Translations under genes and position numbers: made by a program
Notes under the pieces: model-generated
What the model saw: only the letters and a program-made list of their open reading frames with translations
The model's database searches: none
Told to the model about the DNA's origin: nothing
Shown: positions 1-11,772 of the stretch, piece after piece
Numbering within the stretch: the first letter of the stretch is position 1
How the letters are laid out: each line of letters begins with the position of its first letter
Assembly (NCBI GenBank): GCA_016793885.1
Contig: JAEUHE010000079.1
Span: 36,234 to 100,233, forward strand
Direction of reading: 5' to 3'
DNA length: 64,000 nt
Origin: Verrucomicrobiales bacterium
Lineage (GTDB): Bacteria > Verrucomicrobiota > Verrucomicrobiia > Limisphaerales > UBA11320

Positions 1-828
1 TCGAACGGGGCCGGAAAGACCACCACCCTGCGTATCCTCGCCACTTTTCTGGTCCCCTCCGCCGGCAACGCCCAGGTGCTGGGTCGCGATGTCGTGGCCG
101 AGGCCGATCAGGTTCGACGCATGATCGGCTACATGCCGGACTTTTTCGGTGTCTACAAGGACATGGAAGTGACGGAGTACCTGGATTTCTTCGGCGCCTG
201 CTACAAGATCAAAACAGCGCAACGTGAAAAAACGGTGGCGGATGTGCTGGAACTGGTGGGACTCAGCGAGAAGAAGGGAGCCCTGATCGGGGCGCTGAGC
301 CGCGGAATGCAGCAGCGCCTGGGCCTGGCTCGCGTGCTGATTCACGATCCTCAGCTCCTGCTCCTGGACGAACCCGCGAGCGGCCTCGATCCCCGCGCCC
401 GGATCGAGGTCATGGCCATCCTTCAGGAGCTTCAACGGATGGGAAAAACCATCATCATCTCCTCCCACATCCTCAGCGAGCTGCAAAGCCTCTGCAACCG
501 GGTGGCGATCATCGAGAAGGGAAAGCTGATCTACAGCGGCCCCGTCCAAGGCGTGCGCAACCAGCTCGAGTCGAATCCGGTGTTCCGGGTCAAGGTGGCG
601 GCGGATCCTGAACGGGCGCTGGAGCTCTGCCAGGGTCTGGGCGCGGTTGTCGAAGCCAAGCTCGACCCCACCGGTGAGCTCCGCCTGACGCTGGCCGCCG
701 CACAAGCCGACCCGAGCGTGGTTGCCGAGGCACTCGTCAAAGGCGGCTTCCGACTGACAGGCTTGCGGGAGGAAGAGATCGGACTGGAAGAGGTCTTCCT
801 GCGGGTCACCCGTGGTGAGACACAATAA
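1..828 (+). CDS. ABC transporter ATP-binding protein, 5' partial (continues upstream of the window); ATPase with a C-terminal extension
   Basis: The window opens inside a Walker A motif (SNGAGKTTTL). It also has an ABC signature LSRGMQQRLGLA, Walker B LLLLDEPASGLD and an H-loop SSHIL. The reading frame is open from nt 1; the ORF track's first Met is at 76. Confidence 0.85.
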   Translation, partial: SNGAGKTTTLRILATFLVPSAGNAQVLGRDVVAEADQVRRMIGYMPDFFGVYKDMEVTEYLDFFGACYKIKTAQREKTVADVLELVGLSEKKGALIGALSRGMQQRLGLARVLIHDPQLLLLDEPASGLDPRARIEVMAILQELQRMGKTIIISSHILSELQSLCNRVAIIEKGKLIYSGPVQGVRNQLESNPVFRVKVAADPERALELCQGLGAVVEAKLDPTGELRLTLAAAQADPSVVAEALVKGGFRLTGLREEEIGLEEVFLRVTRGETQ

Positions 829-834
829 CCGACC

Positions 835-2454
835 ATGAATTTCCTGACCGTCGTCGAGCGAGAGCTGCGCGTCGCAGCGCGACGTCCCGGCGTCCGGCGC
901 TCACGACTGCTGTGCGCCATGGTCGGGGTGGCCGTCGTCAGCTGGTTTCTGCTGGTTCCCCAGTTCAACAATCCCCAGCAGTTCGGGCAATTCTTGTTCT
1001 ATACACTCAGCGTCGGCGCCTTCGTCATTGCCGGATTCAGCGGCTTTGCCGCAACGGCCGATTGCCTGAGCGAGGAGAAACGCGAAGGCACGTTGGGACT
1101 GCTTTTTCTCACCGAGCTTAAGGGGAGCGACGTCATCATCGGGAAGCTGGTGGCCAGCTCGCTTAGCGTGATCTACGGACTGTTGGGCATCCTGCCGGTC
1201 ATCGCCATCTCCATCCTGGCCGGCGGGGTGTCGGGCAGCGACTTCGCTCGAGTGGTGATCACCGCGCTCAACTTGCTGTTCTTGTCGCTGTGCATCGGCA
1301 TGATGTCCTCCGTGATCTACCAGCAGGGGGCGCACTCCCTGGCAGCCGCTGCGACCCTGTTTCTCTTCCTGCTCCTCGGACTGCCGTTTTGTCTGTTTAT
1401 CGCCGTGGAGCTGTTCGGAATCCGCGGCCTGAACGAGGTCCTCACCTTACCCTGTCCGGGCTACACCTGCCTGCTCACCTTTCCGGCTTCGTTGGGAAGA
1501 GCGGGCGGTGCCACGGAATTCTACTCGTCGCTGGCGGTCACTCATCTGATCGGGTGGGCGTGCCTGATTTTTGCCATGATGCGGGTGACTCGGTCCTGGC
1601 AGGACCGGATCCAGGGATCTCTGAAAGAATCCTCGGGGGAGCCGATACCGGCTCATCGCAAGCCGTCCGCGCGAGTGCGGTTCCGACAGTCGTTGATGGA
1701 CCTCAACCCCTACTTCTGGCGGGCTGCCCGACCGCATTATCGGGGGCTGATCGTGTGGGGAGTCATGCTTTTTGCCCTTGGAATCTTTGCCGGGGGATGG
1801 GTTTTTCGGCCGGACTACTTTCGCGACACCGGATCCTATTTCTTCATGGCTTTCCTGCTCAACACCATCCTCAAGCTGTGGATCGCCACCGAGGCCCCCG
1901 GGCCACTGGCATCCGACCGTCAAGGTGGGGCGCTCGAGCTGCTGCTGGTGACTTCCCTCACCGAGCAGGAGATCACCCAGGGCCAGCAACAAGCCCTCTG
2001 GAAATGGTTCGCCTGGCCCATCTACACCGTCCTGGGACTGACATCGCTGTTCATCATGTCCATTCTCTCTCCCAACTCCGGCAGCCCGAGCGAGACTTCC
2101 ATGCTAGCCTGGATGCTCCTCAGCGGGATGCTGGTCCTGGTTATGGATTGCATCACGTTGGGAAAGCTCGGCCAAGCCCGGGCGCTCCGGGCTAAGAGCG
2201 AGTCCCGTGCGGTCCTCGCATCCGTGTTTACGGTTCTGATCCTGCCTTGGCTGCTCTACTTCGCCCTCATTAGCTCCATCGGCCTGCTCTATGCCCTCGG
2301 TTTTAGAATCCGAGCGCTCGACAGCTGGGAGTTCCTGCTCGCGCTCTGGGTTTTCCTCAGCCTGGCCGTGGATTTGTTCGCCCTGCGCTATGCCAACCGC
2401 ATACTCCCGGCTCAACTGCGCCCGATTGCCAGCGCGCGGTTCGACTCCCGCTGA
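835..2454 (+). CDS. ABC-2 family transporter permease (polytopic membrane protein), paralog 1
   Basis: 539 aa with many hydrophobic segments. It carries the motif SEEKREGTLGLLFLTELKG typical of ABC-2 permeases. It starts 7 nt after the ATPase stop with an ATG. Confidence 0.7.
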   Translation: MNFLTVVERELRVAARRPGVRRSRLLCAMVGVAVVSWFLLVPQFNNPQQFGQFLFYTLSVGAFVIAGFSGFAATADCLSEEKREGTLGLLFLTELKGSDVIIGKLVASSLSVIYGLLGILPVIAISILAGGVSGSDFARVVITALNLLFLSLCIGMMSSVIYQQGAHSLAAAATLFLFLLLGLPFCLFIAVELFGIRGLNEVLTLPCPGYTCLLTFPASLGRAGGATEFYSSLAVTHLIGWACLIFAMMRVTRSWQDRIQGSLKESSGEPIPAHRKPSARVRFRQSLMDLNPYFWRAARPHYRGLIVWGVMLFALGIFAGGWVFRPDYFRDTGSYFFMAFLLNTILKLWIATEAPGPLASDRQGGALELLLVTSLTEQEITQGQQQALWKWFAWPIYTVLGLTSLFIMSILSPNSGSPSETSMLAWMLLSGMLVLVMDCITLGKLGQARALRAKSESRAVLASVFTVLILPWLLYFALISSIGLLYALGFRIRALDSWEFLLALWVFLSLAVDLFALRYANRILPAQLRPIASARFDSR

Positions 2455-2465
2455 TCCCTTGTACC

Positions 2466-4055
2466 GTGGTCGCCATCCTCGATCGTGAACTGAGAATCCG
2501 AGCGCGCCAGCGGCGCACTTTCGTTCACCGCTTTCTCATCGCGCTTGCCACCTCGGGTGTCACGGTGCTGTCCCTGGTCTTGGCCTCGCTGACCACCCGG
2601 GTGGCCAGCGTCGGCCAGGAGGTTTTCGGACTGCTGAGCTGGGTGCTGTTCGGTCTCTGTTTACTGGAGGGACTGCGCAATGCGGCCGATTCCATCAGCG
2701 AGGAAAAGCGCGAAGGCACGCTGGGTTTGCTCTTCCTGACGGATCTGAGCGCGGCAGGCATCATCCTCGGAAAAACCTCCGGCCAGCTGCTCAGCAGCCT
2801 CTACGCGCTCATGTCCGCCATCCCCGCACTGAGCATCCCGATCATGCTCGGCGGGGTGACGGGCGGAGAGTTTTGGCGAGCAGTGCTGGCGCTGTTCCTC
2901 ACTCTGCTCGCCTCCCTGTCCCTGGGGATCCTGGTCTCCGCTTGGGTGCGCGGGGTGATCGAGGCCTGGATTGGCACCGCCCTGCTCCTACTCGCGATGC
3001 TGTTTGTGCTTCCGGCGCTGATGGCTTGGCTCAGTTCAGCCACCGGCGCATCAGGAGCGAGCCCGTTCGCCATGCGCCTCTTGCGAGCGGAGTTCTACGA
3101 TCCGAGCCCCGGTCTGTATTGGCAATCGATGGGATACTACCTGCTGGTCATTGTCACCGCCCTCGGCCTGGCATGCTGGGTGCTGCCAAGAAGGTGGCAA
3201 CAAACGACGGTGGAAACGAAGCGGATGGAGAAGGAGCCCGTGACCCGGATGTCGGAAACCCTGCATCGGTTGCGGGATCACCGTCCGATGGAATGGTTCG
3301 CCCAACACCGCGACGTCGGACACCCCATACTCCTGGTCATCAGTGTGATCCTGGCCAGCGCCCTCGTTCTCTGGGCCCTCCTCTCGAGTCCGGAACGAAT
3401 TATGGCCGATTACTTCGCGATCGGGGCGTCCGCCTTTGCCTACCATCTGGTGCTCAGCACGTATCAGGTTTTGAAAGCGACCAGTCTTGGGTCGGCGCTG
3501 CGAGCCACCGGACTGCTGGAACTCATCTTCATCACACCGCTGCGGCCCCAAGAGACTGTGCTGGGGCTCGGCCGAGGACTCCTGCGTCAGGGTCTAAAGG
3601 CAACCGGCATTTTTTCGGTTGGGGAAATTCTGTGCCTGGCGATCCTCATCGGGCGGGCGGCCTGGTTCAAAGAGCTCCCTTTGGGCCCAGTGATCGCGGT
3701 TAGCGTGCTGGCGAGTCTCATCATGTGGCCTCCGATTCAAGATCTCTGGGCGGGCACTTGGCTCGGACTCTATCAGGGCCTCCAGCAGCCCAAGCCCACT
3801 CGAGCCGTGATGCTTTGCCTGGGCTGGGTGCAAGGAGCCCAGCTCATCTGCTATTACATTTGCCTGCCGCTGGGGCCGATCCTGTCCGCCATCAAAAGCT
3901 TGGTGATATTTCTGTGGTCTCGCGATCGACTGCTGTTCGAGCTTCCCCGCATTGTCCGTGCCGACACGCTTTCGATCGGAAAGGAGGGGGGCAAGCGATC
4001 CTTCAAGCCGCTGCCTTCGGTCATACCGCCACCATTGCCCCCGGCCAAAGCTTGA
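2466..4055 (+). CDS. ABC-2 family transporter permease, paralog 2 (tandem duplicate)
   Basis: 529 aa polytopic protein with a near-identical motif SEEKREGTLGLLFLTDLSAAG. GTG start. The C-terminus is proline-rich (PPPLPPAKA). Confidence 0.7.
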   Translation: MVAILDRELRIRARQRRTFVHRFLIALATSGVTVLSLVLASLTTRVASVGQEVFGLLSWVLFGLCLLEGLRNAADSISEEKREGTLGLLFLTDLSAAGIILGKTSGQLLSSLYALMSAIPALSIPIMLGGVTGGEFWRAVLALFLTLLASLSLGILVSAWVRGVIEAWIGTALLLLAMLFVLPALMAWLSSATGASGASPFAMRLLRAEFYDPSPGLYWQSMGYYLLVIVTALGLACWVLPRRWQQTTVETKRMEKEPVTRMSETLHRLRDHRPMEWFAQHRDVGHPILLVISVILASALVLWALLSSPERIMADYFAIGASAFAYHLVLSTYQVLKATSLGSALRATGLLELIFITPLRPQETVLGLGRGLLRQGLKATGIFSVGEILCLAILIGRAAWFKELPLGPVIAVSVLASLIMWPPIQDLWAGTWLGLYQGLQQPKPTRAVMLCLGWVQGAQLICYYICLPLGPILSAIKSLVIFLWSRDRLLFELPRIVRADTLSIGKEGGKRSFKPLPSVIPPPLPPAKA

Positions 4056-4103
4056 TCTGCTTTGTACGAGACGAGCCGCTTCCGCCTTGCTACCTTGAGC
4101 CCC

Positions 4104-4619
4104 GTGTCAGGTCGCATTCTCACTTTTTTGGATGATATCTACGAGGATCTCGAACTGTGGTATCCCAAACTGCGGCTCGAGGAGGCGGGGTGGACCACTC
4201 TCGCCGCCGCCCCGGAGCTTCGACGCTACTCAGGAAAGCATGGATACCCCGCGAAGGCCGATCTCTTGCTTTCCGAAGCTCGCAGCGCTGACTTCACCGG
4301 ATTGCTCATCCCCGGAGGGTTTATGCCGGACAAACTTCGTCGCGACCCCAAAGTCATCAGCCTGACACGCGAATTCCACTCCGCTGGTAAACTGGTTGCC
4401 TTCATCTGCCACGGCGGCTGGATTCCCATTTCAGCCAAGATTCTCAACGGGCGTCGCGCGACGGGATCGCTCGGGATCAAGGACGATCTGGAAAACGCCG
4501 GTGCTATCTGGGTGGATGCCCCGGTCGTTGTGGACGGAAACCTCATCTCCAGTCGGACCCCGAAGGATCTAGCTCCATTCGGTAAGGCGATGGTCGATTT
4601 CCTCGGCAGGACAAAGTAG
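4104..4619 (+). CDS. DJ-1/PfpI family protein (class I glutamine amidotransferase-like)
   Basis: Has LLIPGGF and the nucleophile-elbow Cys in AFICHGGW. The ORF track begins at TTG 4062; the GTG at 4104 gives a typical 171-aa PfpI. Confidence 0.8.
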   Translation: MSGRILTFLDDIYEDLELWYPKLRLEEAGWTTLAAAPELRRYSGKHGYPAKADLLLSEARSADFTGLLIPGGFMPDKLRRDPKVISLTREFHSAGKLVAFICHGGWIPISAKILNGRRATGSLGIKDDLENAGAIWVDAPVVVDGNLISSRTPKDLAPFGKAMVDFLGRTK

Positions 4620-4681
4620 CCAGAGCCCTACAAAGGGCGAAGCCTCACCCGGAAAAAATCACACCCGGACCGCGGTTCGGT

Positions 4682-6715
<2,034 letters not shown>

Positions 6716-6866
6716 AGCGGGGTGAAGCTAGCAGCAACTCCGGGGCGAGTTAAGAGTTATAAGTTATGAGTTATGTGAGTGTACAAGATAGAGCCGAATG
6801 GCCGACTGATGGCAGGGGAACTCTGCATGCGGGGCAATACGTAGGCTTCTCCCCTTGCCTGTACGG

Positions 6867-7084
6867 TTCCCGAACCCGAAGGGTTCACAGACATTAGCCG
6901 GGGGTGCTGGCACCCCCGGAATCGTTAACAATACGGAGCATCGCGCAGCGATGCCACCGGTTTTCGAAGCCTGCCTCACCCCCTGCTCAAGGAACCTGAT
7001 CCGTTCGTCCGTCCACTGGGGGGCTGGTAAACCGGGGGTGCGAGCACCCCGGCTAAATCTCTTTGAACCCTGCGGGTTCGAGCC
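6867..7084. repeat. Hairpin-rich intergenic repeat element, locus A: one full copy (about 6867-6975) plus an inverted partial copy (7032-7084)
   Basis: The segment cccgaacccgaagggttcacagacattagccgggggtgctggcacccccggaa... matches 10511-10625 at about 85% identity. It contains the perfect hairpin ccgggggtg-ctgg-cacccccgg and the palindrome gcatcgc-gca-gcgatgc. An inverted copy of the 5' arm lies at 7032-7084. Confidence 0.7.
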
Positions 7085-7281
7085 CTGCCGATAAAGCGAG
7101 AAACGCCGCCCTTGCTCAGCTTGTCTAGCCCCCATTTTGGAGGTAAAGATGAGGAAATGTCTCCGCACTCCATAGATCTCCCCCGCACGCAGTGCCTTCT
7201 AGCAGCAACCACCGCCGACGCGATGCGCTGATCTTTCCACACCTCAAAACAGCCATCCCAGCACGCCGGCGGTGGTTGCTG

Positions 7282-7638
7282 CTAGCCAGACTTCTTGATC
7301 TTGCGCTGCGCCTGCCAGAAGACACAGAGCGGACAGCTTTCGCCGGCTGGATAGTCAATGCCCTCCTCATGAGGGCAGCCCATGATCTCCTCGGCGATGG
7401 TCGAATGAGTGACACCGTGACTCTTGACCCACTCCACTATCTCGCGGGTGATGCCTGGATCCTCACGAACATCGATGCCGTTGAACAGCCACCGCCGCAT
7501 TGCGGACGGACGATCCTGGGGCCGCTGGAAAATGGCCGCGACGACTTTGGTAGCGAAACGATCATCCGCACCATAGAAGGCGATCGAAGCATGTGGATAC
7601 GGAGCAGCATCGGCCGCTGAGGGCTTTGGTTTGGGCAT
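7282..7638 (-). CDS. Hypothetical protein (118 aa) with a CPHEEG...CPLC cysteine pair
   Basis: The ORF has a balanced amino-acid composition. The overlapping plus-strand ORF 7192-7620 is Arg-rich and less protein-like. I recognised no family. Confidence 0.45.
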   Translation of the reverse strand: MPKPKPSAADAAPYPHASIAFYGADDRFATKVVAAIFQRPQDRPSAMRRWLFNGIDVREDPGITREIVEWVKSHGVTHSTIAEEIMGCPHEEGIDYPAGESCPLCVFWQAQRKIKKSG

Positions 7639-7674
7639 ACTTCAGTTGGTAAATCGAACCCCGCTGCCTGGCTA

Positions 7675-8973
7675 CTAAACCCACCAACCCGGTCGATAGC
7701 TGTGCTGAACATACTCGCTGGCCTCGGGAAGATTGCTCGCCACCATCTTGCGAGCGTTCCAGACCAGCTTACGGTCGGTGCGGTAGGCAACGTTGCCCAA
7801 GAGTAGGGCCTCGGTCATGGGCGCGGCAAACTCGAAGTGACCGGAAGTTTGCGAAAGGGAACGGCAGGCATCCAGCCACTCGCACAGCCGGCTCCGACGA
7901 TTTCCCGGCGAAACTTCAGCGGACAGATTCCGAGCAGGTTGCCCGGTCAGCAGCAGCCAGGCCGCACCCGGATTCACGAACAAGTCGCCCGCCGAACCGC
8001 TGAACACCAGTCCTTCCGAAGCTCCCGCGATGCGTGGATCGGTGAAGTGCTCCGGACGAGCTGTCCCATGATGCCAGGTGACCTGCACCGGCGGCAGTGG
8101 CTCCTTCAGCTCATAGGTCCACCGGGAACGCAGCCAGGACGGCGGATGCTTAAGGTGCAGGGCCGCGCCCGTGGCCTCGACCCGGGCCGGAGCCTCCAAG
8201 CCCAACCCTCGGTGAATCAGAGCAAAATAGGGGCTTCCCGCTTCCGCCAGAGTGCCACCGCCAAAAGTCCACCAATGCCGCCATCGACCGGGCAGATAAT
8301 CCGCACAATACGGCACCGGATACTGCGGTCCCAACCAAAGGTCGTAATCCAAATGACGGGGCACCGGCGGCTGCTCTGCGCTCCTCAACAGCTCGCCGTG
8401 ACTCCGGTGCGTCCACGCATGAACGCTCGTCACCGGCCCCAGTTCCCCGCTGCGAAGGACTTCAAGAACGCGGTCCTCCGTGGCCGGGCTGTTCACCGAG
8501 CCGCCCAGCTGGGTCACTCGTTTCCGACGACGGGCCAACTGCGCCAACATCCGTGCCTCGGAGACGGTGTGGGAAAGCGGATCGGCGCAAAAGACGTGCA
8601 GTCCGGCCTGCAATGACCAGGCCGCCACGATAGCGTGACTGTGATCCGGGGTGGCGATGATCACGGCATCCAACGGCTCGCGATCAATCATCCGGCGGAA
8701 GTCGGCGTAGACCGCCGCTTTGGGAAACTGTCGCGAGGCGGCGTCGAGAGCCAGGGTGTCGACATCGCACAGCGCAACGACGTTTTCCGGGATGCACTCT
8801 TCGAGGTGGCTGCGTCCGTATTCCGCAACTCCAACCACCGCGACGTTCAATCGGTCGTTGGCGGATCGGGGTCGGGGGGACGGGCGGCTGCGCCAGCCGG
8901 TCAGGCAAAGGGTTCCCGCCGTGAGGCAAGCGGACTGCAAGAATTGCCGACGAGAGCTGTGAAACTTCATCAC
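7675..8973 (-). CDS. Gfo/Idh/MocA family oxidoreductase with a twin-arginine (TAT) signal
   Basis: N-terminal SRRQFLQS TAT motif. Rossmann segment VAVVGVAEYGRSHLE with the characteristic DAVIIATPDHSHA. Confidence 0.85.
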   Translation of the reverse strand: MMKFHSSRRQFLQSACLTAGTLCLTGWRSRPSPRPRSANDRLNVAVVGVAEYGRSHLEECIPENVVALCDVDTLALDAASRQFPKAAVYADFRRMIDREPLDAVIIATPDHSHAIVAAWSLQAGLHVFCADPLSHTVSEARMLAQLARRRKRVTQLGGSVNSPATEDRVLEVLRSGELGPVTSVHAWTHRSHGELLRSAEQPPVPRHLDYDLWLGPQYPVPYCADYLPGRWRHWWTFGGGTLAEAGSPYFALIHRGLGLEAPARVEATGAALHLKHPPSWLRSRWTYELKEPLPPVQVTWHHGTARPEHFTDPRIAGASEGLVFSGSAGDLFVNPGAAWLLLTGQPARNLSAEVSPGNRRSRLCEWLDACRSLSQTSGHFEFAAPMTEALLLGNVAYRTDRKLVWNARKMVASNLPEASEYVQHSYRPGWWV

Positions 8974-9150
8974 GAATAGCTAAGGTTGAAGAGCCTCGGG
9001 TGGCTCAGTTTCTGCCGTCGCACCCTCCTGAAGTGCTTGTCTCCGAGGTCTCGAGCGGCGCCCGGGAAAGTCCTGTGCTGACCAGTCAGAGCACCGCCAA
9101 CCAGACCGATTCGGGGAGAACTCCTTTTCTCAGGACCTGTTTAGAAAGTT

Positions 9151-10455
9151 GTGTGCCACCAAAACCCTCCTCTTTTTTTCTTACCCTCCCGCCTCACACC
9201 TGCGCATGCTAGCGCAGTGCAACCAGAAGCCGTCCCCCAAGCCCCTCAGCCACCACGCCTCCGACTCCGTGTCACGTCGGCAGCGGAGAACCGCATTCGT
9301 TCAGGCCATCCGTGGCTGTTCAGCGACAGTATCCGCGAGGTCAACCGCGAGGGAGTCACCGGAGATCTGGCTGTCATTTTTGATCGGCAGGATCGCTTCC
9401 TGGCCATCGGCCTCTTCGACGCCGACTCCCCCATCCGACTCCGAGTCCTGCAAACCCTGTCCCGCGAGCCCATCGCCGCCCCCTGGTGGAAGGCCCGCCT
9501 TCAGGCGTCAGCCGATCGAAGGAAATCCTTGTTCGACGCCTCGACCAATGGCTACCGCTGCCTACACGGGGAGAACGATGGCCTGCCCGGTCTGGTCATC
9601 GACCGCTATGATCAGACGCTGGTGATGAAGATCTACACCGCCAGCTGGCTTCCTCATCTTCCGACCCTGATCCCCCTCATTCGGGAGGTTCTGCCGTCCG
9701 AACGACTGGTCTTCCGCACGAGCCGCAACATTCAGGCGGTGGCTTCGAAGGCCGGGTTCAAGGAAGGTGACTTGCTCTACGGCCCTGCCCTGCTGGGCCC
9801 CGTCCCGTTTCGGGAAACGGGCATCGCCTTCGAGGCGGATGTTATCAAAGGCCAGAAAACCGGGTTCTTTCTGGATCAACGGGAGAATCGTCGCTGGGTG
9901 GAGACCGTCGCACGTGGACGAAAAGTGCTCAACGCATTCAGTTTCAGCGGCGGCTTTTCGCTCTACGCCGCCCGCGGCGGCGCCACCGGCGTCACCAACC
10001 TGGATATCAGCGCCCACGCGCTCGCGGCCGCTGCGCGAAACTTCGAGTTGAACGCCTCGCAACCTCAGATTCGGAATTGTCCGCACGAAGCAGTCCAGGC
10101 CGACGCATTTGAATGGTTGGCGTCGTCCACCAAGTCCCACTTCGATCTGGTGATCTTGGATCCGCCATCGTTAGCCAAGCGAGAACTGGAACGACAAGGC
10201 GCCATTCAAGCCTACCGTCGACTAGCTCGGTTGGGATGGAACCAGTTGCGTCCTCATGGCATTTTGGCCGCAGCCTCCTGCTCGGGCCACGTCACGGCTG
10301 AAGAATTCTTCCAAGCGACGCGTCTGGGCATTGTGGACGCCGGTGGCCAGGCCGAAGAAATCCATCACGCCCAGCATCCTCCCGATCACCCGGCCGGCTT
10401 CCCCGAGGCCCACTACCTCAAGTGCATCGCCTTCCGCGCCGCATCACGGCGGTAG
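9151..10455 (+). CDS. Class I SAM-dependent rRNA methyltransferase, RlmI-like (PUA domain plus methyltransferase domain)
   Basis: RLRLRVTSAAENRIRSGHPWLFSD resembles the RlmI N-terminus. The SAM-binding region LNAFSFSGGFSL and VILDPPS are present. The true start may be the GTG at 9217. Confidence 0.8.
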   Translation: MCHQNPPLFFLPSRLTPAHASAVQPEAVPQAPQPPRLRLRVTSAAENRIRSGHPWLFSDSIREVNREGVTGDLAVIFDRQDRFLAIGLFDADSPIRLRVLQTLSREPIAAPWWKARLQASADRRKSLFDASTNGYRCLHGENDGLPGLVIDRYDQTLVMKIYTASWLPHLPTLIPLIREVLPSERLVFRTSRNIQAVASKAGFKEGDLLYGPALLGPVPFRETGIAFEADVIKGQKTGFFLDQRENRRWVETVARGRKVLNAFSFSGGFSLYAARGGATGVTNLDISAHALAAAARNFELNASQPQIRNCPHEAVQADAFEWLASSTKSHFDLVILDPPSLAKRELERQGAIQAYRRLARLGWNQLRPHGILAAASCSGHVTAEEFFQATRLGIVDAGGQAEEIHHAQHPPDHPAGFPEAHYLKCIAFRAASRR

Positions 10456-10510
10456 AAACCCCTGTTCAGGGACGGAGCACTCTGGTGTTCTCTCAAGTGA
10501 TCTGTAGGGA

Positions 10511-10665
10511 GCCCGAACCCGCAGGGTTCACAGATCATAGCCGGGGGTGCTGGCACCCCCGGAACTGTTAGAAATATCCAGCATCGCGCAGTGATGCCAC
10601 CGTCTCCAGAAGCCTGCGTGCCCGCGGACTCGTCCCCACCGGACGTGAGTCCGGCTTTGAACCTC
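10511..10665. repeat. Hairpin-rich intergenic repeat element, locus B (second copy of the 6867-6975 element)
   Basis: About 85% identical to locus A over about 115 bp, including the identical ccgggggtgctggcacccccgg hairpin. It lies between the convergent rlmI-like and miaA genes. Confidence 0.7.
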
Positions 10666-10812
10666 ATTTATGTTAGAGAATGACGTAGGAAACCCCGCGA
10701 CAGGCTGCTAGATATTTTTCCCGCGGAGAAAAGCCGATCCGCTCAGAGTTCCCGGGGTGGCTCCGCTCTGCGCCGTTCGACTCATCACTCCTCGCTCCTC
10801 ACTCGTCACTCC

Positions 10813-11769
10813 TCACTCGTCCCCTAACACGCGACGCCCAATCTGCTCGACCGTCGCCTCAGGTTCAACCGGTATCGGACGAGCGGCGGCATGTTTGCGA
10901 AACCAGGTTCCCTGACGCTTGGCGTACTGGCGCGTACGAATCTCGATGCGCTCCAAACACTGCTCCAGAGAAAGCAGGCCCCGCAGGTGCTGGGCGATTT
11001 CGTGATATCCGATCGCCTGCATGGCAAACGGGTTACGCTCCAATCCCGCTGCCAACGCTCGCCGCGTCTCCTCCACCCACCCGGCCTGAATCATGGCCCG
11101 CACACGCTGGTGAATGCGCGCGCGCAGATCGGCGGCCCCTCGGGTTAGATAGTAGAATCCAGGGACGGGCGGGCGCGCCATCGAGGCGTCCGTCCAGGCG
11201 GCCTGCTGCTCTGAAAACGGCTTGCCGCTGATGCGGATCACCTCCAACGCGCGGACCACCCGACGCGGGTTGCAGCGGTCGATCCGTTGATAGGCGACCG
11301 GATCCCGCTGCTGTAGCTCAAGCAGGAGGGTTTCCAGCGGAGTACGGTTGAGTTCCTCCCGGACCGCCGGGTCCGATGCCGGAGCCTCACTCACCCCCTC
11401 AAACCACGTTTTGAAATAAAGCCCGGTGCCCCCGCAGAAAATCGGGAGCCGCCCCCGGCTCTGGATCTCTTCCACCGCCTGGCCAGCAAGCTTGCGAAAC
11501 CGAGCGGCGTCGAACGAGCCCGAGAGGTCCTCGACATCGATCAAGTGATGACGGATGCGCTCGCGCTCCGCAGCAGTCGGCTTGGCAGTGCCGATATCCA
11601 GGCCCCGATACACCTGCATGGAGTCCACCGAAACAATCTCTCCACCCAAACGCTCAGCAAGCCAGAGTGCCACGGCGGACTTGCCGGTGCCAGTCGGGGC
11701 GGCCAGATAGAGAATTTCCGGCAGCTCCGATCCGGCCCTGGAAGCAGGCTTAGGATGACGTGGATCCAT
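10813..11769 (-). CDS. miaA: tRNA dimethylallyltransferase
   Basis: P-loop GPTGTGKS, then DSMQVYRGLDIGTAKP and PIFCGGTGLY, the MiaA hallmarks. Confidence 0.92.
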   Translation of the reverse strand: MDPRHPKPASRAGSELPEILYLAAPTGTGKSAVALWLAERLGGEIVSVDSMQVYRGLDIGTAKPTAAERERIRHHLIDVEDLSGSFDAARFRKLAGQAVEEIQSRGRLPIFCGGTGLYFKTWFEGVSEAPASDPAVREELNRTPLETLLLELQQRDPVAYQRIDRCNPRRVVRALEVIRISGKPFSEQQAAWTDASMARPPVPGFYYLTRGAADLRARIHQRVRAMIQAGWVEETRRALAAGLERNPFAMQAIGYHEIAQHLRGLLSLEQCLERIEIRTRQYAKRQGTWFRKHAAARPIPVEPEATVEQIGRRVLGDE

Positions 11770-11772
11770 CGT

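Noticed and set aside
6764-7242. Several 80-140-aa ORFs on both strands between uvrB and ORF 7282-7638
   Set aside because: They overlap the hairpin repeat element and each other. Their translations are Arg/Pro/Gly-rich. The region is better explained as non-coding repeat sequence.
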